A DNA stretch of 64,000 nucleotides, from NCBI GenBank assembly GCA_037446155.1, contig JBBIJE010000013.1:17008-81007 (forward strand), read 5' to 3'. The stretch is from Myxococcales bacterium. GTDB taxonomy: Bacteria > Desulfobacterota > Binatia > UTPRO1 > JBBIJE01. A program made the translations under genes and the position numbers. The notes under the pieces are model-generated. The model ran no database searches and was not told the DNA's origin. It saw nothing but the letters and a program-made list of their open reading frames with translations. Positions 58,310 through 64,000 of the stretch are shown in pieces (within the stretch, counting starts at the first letter, position 1; the number at the start of each line of letters is the position of its first letter).

Positions 58310-59428
58310 ATGCGCGCCCTGGTCAGCGGCGGTGCGGGATTCATAGGATCGCATATCGTGGACGCCCTTCTGGCGCGGGGGGTGGAGGTCACGATCCTGG
58401 ATAACTTCCAGCCCCGGGTTCATCCCAAGGGGCGCCCACCCTATCTTCCGCAACAAGCGCGCGTGGTGGAAGGGAGTGTGACCGACCGGAGGGCCTGGGA
58501 GCAGGCCTTGGACGGGGTTTCGGTGATTTTCCACGAGGCCGCCTACCAGGACTACATGCCGGATTTCTCTACCTTTCTCTCGGTGAACGCAGCCGGCACG
58601 GCGCTTCTCTACGAGCTCATAGTCGAGCGCAGGCAAGAGATCGAACGAGTGATCGTGGCTTCTTCGCAGGCCGTGTACGGGGAGGGCCAGTATCGCTGCG
58701 AGGAGCACGGGCTCTTTCAGCCCCCGGCGCGCCCGCGCGCGCAGTTGGACCGCGGTTGCTGGGATGTGCTCTGCCCGCTCTGCGGCGCTGCCGCATCCGA
58801 CGAACCTCTCGATGAAGATTACCACAACCCCTTCAACGCCTACGCCGTATCGAAGCTTGCCGAAGAGCTGACGGCTCTTAGGCTCGGTGCTTTGCATGGA
58901 ATACCAACCGTGGCGCTTCGCTATTCGATCACTCAGGGGCCGCGGCAGTCCCTCTACAATAGCTACTCGGGGATCTGCCGCATATTTTGTTTGCGGCTCT
59001 TGAATGGAAAGCCGCCCGTGGTGTTCGAGGACGGTCGCCAAAAACGCGATTATGTGCACGTGGATGACGTGGTGGCGGCTAACCTGCTCGTTTGGAAGAG
59101 TAGGGAGGCGTGCGGGCGGGCGTTCAACGTCGGAGGAGGCCGCGCCGTTACGGTGGTGGATTATGCCAAGGCCGTGGCTGAGGCCCTGGGAGTTGGCATC
59201 GACCCGGCGATTCCCGGGGAATACAGGCTAGGAGACAATCGCCATAGCGTTTCTTCGATAGAGCGCCTCAAAGCGCTGGGGTGGGAACCAAAGAAGGGTC
59301 TCGGGGATATCCTTCGCGACTACATCGGGTGGGTCCGCTCGCAAGGGGACGTGGGCGAGTACTTCGTCGAAGCCGATCGGGCGATGCGGGAGCTGGGCGT
59401 AGTGAGGCGCTCGGCAACGGCGCAGTGA
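58310..59428 (+). CDS. extended-SDR NAD-dependent sugar epimerase/dehydratase
   Basis: MRALVSGGAGFIGSHIV and the YAVSK catalytic Y-x3-K. It contains a Cys/His-rich insertion (CEEH...GCWDVLCPLCG). Confidence 0.88.
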   Translation: MRALVSGGAGFIGSHIVDALLARGVEVTILDNFQPRVHPKGRPPYLPQQARVVEGSVTDRRAWEQALDGVSVIFHEAAYQDYMPDFSTFLSVNAAGTALLYELIVERRQEIERVIVASSQAVYGEGQYRCEEHGLFQPPARPRAQLDRGCWDVLCPLCGAAASDEPLDEDYHNPFNAYAVSKLAEELTALRLGALHGIPTVALRYSITQGPRQSLYNSYSGICRIFCLRLLNGKPPVVFEDGRQKRDYVHVDDVVAANLLVWKSREACGRAFNVGGGRAVTVVDYAKAVAEALGVGIDPAIPGEYRLGDNRHSVSSIERLKALGWEPKKGLGDILRDYIGWVRSQGDVGEYFVEADRAMRELGVVRRSATAQ

Positions 59429-59628
59429 GGTCGAGTAACAGGTGGGGAGTTCTAAGAGGGGATGTGACGATCGTGCCTGGCGCTCGCTGGCCTGGTGGAT
59501 CCCGCCCTTGCGGGGCCGCCCTGAGGAGCGCGTTGGATCTCGTGTTGGAAAATTGCCTCGATCTATGTTAAAAGCGGCAGCGATTCAGGTTTAGGATGCG
59601 GCTGCGGCGGTTGGGCCGCCACTAGGGT

Positions 59629-61101
59629 GTGATGGAGAAGGTGTGGAAGAGGTGGCGAGGGGAGATCTTCCGTGCCGTCCTCGTTTTCGCTGATCTTGCC
59701 GCCCTGAGCGGCTCGTTTGTAGGGGCTTACTGGCTTCGCTACCGGGCCCCCGGCATCGGCGCGATCGGTACCGGCCCCGGGTTCGCCCATTACTGGGGCG
59801 CTCTTCTCATCGCCTGCTTCATCTGGGTGTGGGTCCTTTCCTACTTCGGCCTTTACCAGCTTAGGCGGGGATGGCGGTTGAGCGATCTTGCGCTCACGTC
59901 GGTTTCAGCGGTATCCGTTGCCTTTGCGGCGTTTCTCGCCATTTCTTACATGCTCCATCTGGTCGCTTACTCCCGGCTCTTGGTCGCCTACGTGTGGGGT
60001 GTCAATACCGTATGCGTGGTAGCTATCAGGGTCGCCACCAAGATCGGCCTGATGTGGCTGAGTCAGGCCGGCGTGGGGGTACGCAAGCTAGCCGTGCTAG
60101 GCGACAATGCCAGTGCCCGCATCTTGGTAAAGACCATATCGCTTCACCCGGAGCTCGGATACGAGGTGGTGGGGATGCTTAGGCCAGAGCGCGCAAACGG
60201 AAGCCCGGCCGATTCGGTTTTCCGGGGGGTGGATCACGCGGCGCGCAGCCTTCTGACGCTTGGGGTTGACGATCTCGTGGTTGCGCTTCCGCTGGGCCGA
60301 AACGAAGAGATCCGCGAGCTTGTCTGGCGCTGCCAGGAGGCGGGAATCAAGGTGAGGATCCTGCCTGATATTTACGAAACCTACTCTTCCTCCATGCCCT
60401 GCGAGCCGATAGAAAACATCCCGCTTTTCGTTCCCAGAGACAAGTCGCTCGCCGACTGGGAGCTTGCGGTAAAGAGGCTATTTGACCTGTTCTGGGGTTG
60501 TGCCCTTTTGCTGCTGACCGCGGCCATAGGGGCCGCAATTTGGGTAAGGCAGCGAGTTTGTGGAGGGGCTTGCGTGATCGAGCGCGAGGAGCGTATCGGG
60601 CAGGGCGGCAGGCCTTTCACGCTCTACCGGTTTACGATACCACGTAGGGCAGACGGGAGCTCGAGCAAGTTCGGGAGATGGCTTATGCGCTACAGCCTCT
60701 CCGAGCTCCCGCAATCCTGGAATGTCATACGAGGCGAGATGAGCCTTGTCGGCCCCCGGCCGGAGGGCCCGGAGCGGGTTGCGAGATACAGCCATTGGAA
60801 CCGCCGAAGGCTTCTGCTGAAGCCCGGCATAACGGGGCTTGCTCAGGTAAACGGCCTTCGCGGCTTCGCCTCGACCGACGAAAAGATGAGATTCGATCTG
60901 GAGTACGTCGAACGCCAGTCTCCGATGCTCGACTTTCTCATCCTCTTGCAGACGATCTGGACGGTGGCGAAAAGGGGCGAGACGGATTTAGGGGAAGCGC
61001 AAGAAGTTGAAGGAGGGGCGTTGGCGAATTTGCATCGGGAGGCGGCGGAGGTAGAAGCGGCCGCGGTCGAGCGGGCCGCAGGAGGGTCTGGCTTGTGCTG
61101 A
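59629..61101 (+). CDS. large WbaP/EpsB-type polyprenyl glycosylphosphotransferase homologue with atypical active-site region
   Basis: Four N-terminal TM helices, a central CoA-binding-like domain (KLAVLGDNASA) and a C-terminal Bac_transf domain. That domain has SLSELPQ instead of SLDELPQ and lacks KFRTM and DPR(V/I)T. Confidence 0.8.
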   Translation: MMEKVWKRWRGEIFRAVLVFADLAALSGSFVGAYWLRYRAPGIGAIGTGPGFAHYWGALLIACFIWVWVLSYFGLYQLRRGWRLSDLALTSVSAVSVAFAAFLAISYMLHLVAYSRLLVAYVWGVNTVCVVAIRVATKIGLMWLSQAGVGVRKLAVLGDNASARILVKTISLHPELGYEVVGMLRPERANGSPADSVFRGVDHAARSLLTLGVDDLVVALPLGRNEEIRELVWRCQEAGIKVRILPDIYETYSSSMPCEPIENIPLFVPRDKSLADWELAVKRLFDLFWGCALLLLTAAIGAAIWVRQRVCGGACVIEREERIGQGGRPFTLYRFTIPRRADGSSSKFGRWLMRYSLSELPQSWNVIRGEMSLVGPRPEGPERVARYSHWNRRRLLLKPGITGLAQVNGLRGFASTDEKMRFDLEYVERQSPMLDFLILLQTIWTVAKRGETDLGEAQEVEGGALANLHREAAEVEAAAVERAAGGSGLC

Positions 61102-62189
61102 TCGTTCGCACGCCCGTTCGAGTGAGCTTCTTTGGAGGGGGAACCGATCTTCCCGCTTACTACGAGCAGCATCCAGGGGCAGTATTGAGCACAAGCATCA
61201 ACAAGTACTTCTACACTGTCCTGACCGAGCGCCAGGACGAAATGCTGCAAATCATCTCGGCCGATCTGAGGCGCATGTGCACCGTGTCGGCGATCGGTGA
61301 GGTAGAGGAGACCAAGGAGGAACTTGCGGTACCCCTTGCCGCAATAAGGGATCTGCGGTGCCGAAAGGGGCTGAACCTTTTCCTAGCCTCCGAGATACCT
61401 CCGGGCACGGGCTTGGGATCGTCGGCTTCGGTTTGCGTCAATGTGCTGAAGGCGGTGGGCACCTATGTCGGGCTGGAGATGAGCAGGTACGAGCTTGCCG
61501 AGCGCGCGTTTCGCGTGGCCCGCGAGCGGCTGGGGCGTCCCGTCGGCAAACAGGACGAGTACGCGGCGGCCTTTGGCGGCTTGAACATCTTCGAGTTTCG
61601 CAGCCACGGTGTGGAGGTCGTGCCGCTTAGGGTTGCAGAGGAGATCGTGTCGGCGCTGGAGGAGAGGCTCATGCTCTTTTTCACCGGCACGGCGCATGAT
61701 TCGACGGTTATCCTGGGAGGCCAGCAGAAAGCGACGGCGGCGCGCTCGGCTCCGACGGTTTCCGCGTTGCACTATCTGAGAAGCCTTGTCTATCAGGGGC
61801 GTGAGGCGCTCGCGGCGGGCAACCTCTGGCGGTTCGGCGAGCTTTTGCACGAGGCCTGGCAAGCGAAGAAGAGGGTCACGGAAGGGATCTCGGACCAGAG
61901 GATCGACGGGATCTATGAGACCGCGCGGGCGGCCGGCGCAACCGGCGGCAAGATAACCGGCGCGGGGGGAGGGGGTTTTCTTCTCCTTTATTGCGAGCCC
62001 GAGCGGCAAAAGGCGGTGAGGGCCGCGATGGAGGAGATCGGGCTTCGGGAGATGCTTTTTCAGTTCGACTATGGTGGCGCGACGGTAGTGTATGACGACC
62101 CCTTTTTCGATTCCCGCGGAGACGGCGGTTTGAGCTGGCGGCTTGTGGGAATCGAGGAAGTTTTGGCGGGGGAGTGGGGAAGGGCTTAG
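61095..62189 (+). CDS. hddA: GHMP-family sugar kinase, D-glycero-D-manno-heptose 7-phosphate kinase (HddA)-like
   Basis: IVRTPVRVSFFGGGTDLPAYY, PPGTGLGSSASV and GKITGAGGGGFLLLY. Confidence 0.8.
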   Translation: MLIVRTPVRVSFFGGGTDLPAYYEQHPGAVLSTSINKYFYTVLTERQDEMLQIISADLRRMCTVSAIGEVEETKEELAVPLAAIRDLRCRKGLNLFLASEIPPGTGLGSSASVCVNVLKAVGTYVGLEMSRYELAERAFRVARERLGRPVGKQDEYAAAFGGLNIFEFRSHGVEVVPLRVAEEIVSALEERLMLFFTGTAHDSTVILGGQQKATAARSAPTVSALHYLRSLVYQGREALAAGNLWRFGELLHEAWQAKKRVTEGISDQRIDGIYETARAAGATGGKITGAGGGGFLLLYCEPERQKAVRAAMEEIGLREMLFQFDYGGATVVYDDPFFDSRGDGGLSWRLVGIEEVLAGEWGRA

Positions 62190-62230
62190 GGCTTGCGGCT
62201 TGGTGGTCCGCAAGCCCGGTGGCTGAGTAG

Positions 62231-62899
62231 ATGGAGGAGGGGATGATGGCGGATTACGCGCGGGCTTACCTCGAGCGGACGGCCGACATAGCTATGCGAA
62301 TTCCGACGGATGCGGCAGCCCGGATCGTCCGGGTTCTGATCGAAGCTTGCGAGGCGGGTCGAACGGTTTTCGTCATGGGGAACGGGGGTAGCTCGGCAAC
62401 GGCCACCCACTTCGCCAACGACCTTGGCAAAGGAGGAGTGAGCGGGTTTCCCAAACGCTTCAAGGTGATTTGCTTGAACGATAACATGGCGCTCGTGACC
62501 GCATGGGCCAATGACACTGACTACCAGCGAATCTTCGCCGAGCAGTTGCGAAACTTCGTGGAGCCGGGAGACGTAGTCGTGGGCTTCAGTGGAAGCGGGA
62601 ATTCTCCCAATGTACTGAATGCCATCCGGCTTGCCAAGGAGAGACGTGCCGTTACGGTGGGTTTTACCGGACTGCCTGGCGGGCTCTTGAGGAATCTCGC
62701 CGACCACTGCCTGGTGGTGCCGAGTACCGATATGCAGCACATCGAGGATCTTCACCTGGTCGTGGCGCATCTCATCTACAGCCAGATACGGGACGAGTAC
62801 ATGCGGCCACTCGAGGCGGCCCTTGCCGGCCGAGACGGCATCCCCCTCGAACCCCTGATCCAGCCCGCCCGGAGCGCCCGGGGTCAGGTCTTGAAATGA
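62231..62899 (+). CDS. gmhA: SIS-domain phosphoheptose isomerase with repeat-derived C-terminal extension
   Basis: VFVMGNGGSSATATHFANDLGK, GFSGSGNSPNVLNAIRLAK and IEDLHLVVAHL. The last codons and the stop lie inside repeat cluster F. Confidence 0.85.
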   Translation: MEEGMMADYARAYLERTADIAMRIPTDAAARIVRVLIEACEAGRTVFVMGNGGSSATATHFANDLGKGGVSGFPKRFKVICLNDNMALVTAWANDTDYQRIFAEQLRNFVEPGDVVVGFSGSGNSPNVLNAIRLAKERRAVTVGFTGLPGGLLRNLADHCLVVPSTDMQHIEDLHLVVAHLIYSQIRDEYMRPLEAALAGRDGIPLEPLIQPARSARGQVLK

Positions 62900-62960
62900 C
62901 GCACGCGCCCGGGGTCAGGTCTTGAAATGACGCGGGGTCAGACCCCGGCGGTCTAACCCC
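62875..62960 (+). repeat. REP-like repeat cluster F
   Basis: Two 30 bp-spaced units CGCCCGGGGTCAGGTCTTGAAATGACGC (from 62875 and 62905) are followed by the near-palindrome GGGGTCAGACCCC. Confidence 0.85.
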
Positions 62961-63299
62961 GCGGGGCACATTAACGGCCTTTTCGAGGGTCGATGACATA
63001 ATGTCCGACGTCGCAGGCGAAATCTCGCTCGCCTCCCCTAACGACAGGGCACATTACCGCGCACGCCGCAGCTTCTGGCCGGCTTGCGACGTCCCATTTG
63101 CGCCTGCGTCCCACTGCCGAGGGCTCGGGGATCGCATGGCACGCGCGGGTTTCGGCTGTCAACACGCACTGCGGCATCGCGGGACGGCTGGAGGTGGCTT
63201 GCAGCAACGCCGGGGAGCGGCGTCGATACCAGTCAGCCAACGAAGTCGAAATCCGACGCGCCGTCAGTGGCCGGCGGCGGCCGGGCGGGGCTGGGAGCA

Positions 63300-63375
63300 G
63301 TAGCAAAATTCCGGGGTCAATTCCGGGGTCTGACCCCGGGGTGGCGGGGTCTGACCCCCGCGAGGCGACCCCGCG
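63300..63375 (+). repeat. REP-like repeat cluster G
   Basis: CCGGGGTCAATTCCGGGGTCTGACCCCGGGGTGGCGGGGTCTGACCCCCGCG has repeated GGGGTCTGACCCC near-palindromes. Confidence 0.75.
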
Positions 63376-63464
63376 GGGTGGGCGACTGAAGAGGTACATT
63401 CTACCCTATCGCGTACCCTCCTCTCGACGGCGCCCTAGGGTTCACGCAAGGGAGAAGCTACGCT

Positions 63465-63860
63465 ATGCGCGTGCCTCGACGGGAAGCAGATTGGTTGCGT
63501 CAGGCCGAGGCCGACCTCGAGCCGGCCTGCCATGCGCTCGAAGACGGTAACTAGGAATGGGCCTGCTTTGCTTTCCAGCAGGCGGCGGAAAAACGCGCAA
63601 GGACGCCCGGCTCGGCGCTGGGCAGGAGGCATGGGGCCATGTCGTCACCGAGCTCCTCCTTGCGCTATGCGGCCACGTTGCAACAATCGACGATGCGCTC
63701 CTCGACCATGCTCGCTCTTTGGACAAGCTTTGCATGCCCCACCAGGTATCCAAACGGTTTGGCGAGAGGTGCGCCGGTGGAGTTTTATACCCGGCCAGAG
63801 GCCCAGCGCGCCATTGCGGATGCCGCGGCCGTCATTCCAGTCTGTCGAAGAGTGCGGTCG
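63465..63860 (+). pseudogene. HEPN-domain gene disrupted by an in-frame TAG and frameshifts
   Basis: Frame 0 reads MRVPRREADWLRQAEADLEPACHALEDGN-TAG-EWACFAFQQAAEK. HEPN-like continuation appears in another frame (WGHVVTELLLAL...DDALLDHARSLDKL), then frame 0 resumes (PTRYPNG...EFYTRPEAQRAIADAAAVI). Confidence 0.55.
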
Positions 63861-64000
63861 CAGCAGCAAAGTCTTGGTGTTGCGACTCGATCGCGAAGGG
63901 ACCCTCGAGCGTTTGCGGGGACGCCCCCGTGCGCTTGTGGAGAGTTGCTGGAGGTGCTCGAGGTCAGGCTATTCGGCTCGTTCGCCCGCGGTGATGCGCG
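63852..64000 (+). CDS. nucleotidyltransferase-domain protein, N-terminal fragment (runs off window)
   Basis: The frame ending in ELLEVLEVRLFGSFARGDA matches the start of the minimal NTase motif (LFGS.ARGD). The start codon is uncertain. Confidence 0.4.
   Translation, partial: MRSQQQSLGVATRSRRDPRAFAGTPPCACGELLEVLEVRLFGSFARGDA

Noticed and set aside
59545-59573. Sigma54- or sigma70-like promoter upstream of the large PGT (TTGGAA-17 nt-TTAAAA; TGGAAAATTGC).
   Set aside because: GG/GC spacing is about 4 nt too short for sigma54, and the -10 candidate lacks the invariant final T. Too weak to report as a feature.
62971-63399. 142 aa minus-strand ORF and overlapping plus-strand ORFs between repeat clusters F and G.
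   Set aside because: No motifs, and they partly consist of repeat sequence. Likely non-coding or fully decayed DNA.

Overview
High-G+C bacterial chromosomal fragment; gene order resembles Desulfuromonadota or other deltaproteobacteria-like lineages. All calls come from motif recognition in the supplied ORF translations and from reading the DNA; no database search was possible. Layout: (1) 1-20 kb is housekeeping: uppS-cdsA-rseP-tsaB, a translationally coupled ilvD-ilvN-ilvC-psd-pssA / leuA-leuC-leuD-leuB-asd-truA block, a GH1 glycosidase, rarA, nadK and tRNA-Ala(GGC). (2) 20.3-28.5 kb is a polysaccharide export module: FecR-like secreted protein, Wza-like lipoprotein, Wzc-like co-polymerase/tyrosine kinase, then a TPR protein and a J-domain/TM/NTF2-like protein. 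(3) 28.5-35.9 kb is a repeat-rich accessory stretch: SDR reductase, two lipoproteins, an AhpD-like protein coupled to a class III cyclase, an NTase-HEPN pair and a short RAYT-like HUH transposase. (4) 35.9-62.9 kb is a Wzx/Wzy-type glycan biosynthesis island whose left part has visibly lower G+C. It carries six class I methyltransferases, four GT4 glycosyltransferases, AsnB, a bi-domain oxidoreductase, a heparinase II/III-like protein, an AlgD-like dehydrogenase, two phosphoglycosyl transferases (one lacking the catalytic Asp) and HddA/GmhA. (5) 62.9-64 kb holds more repeats and a decayed HEPN-NTase pair. The best candidates for something undescribed are the methyltransferase-dense alternating GT-MT glycan island, the GGGGTCAGRTCTTGAC repeat family with about 230-250 bp MITE/REPIN-like copies bracketing a toxin-antitoxin pair beside a RAYT, and the J-domain protein embedded in the export operon.
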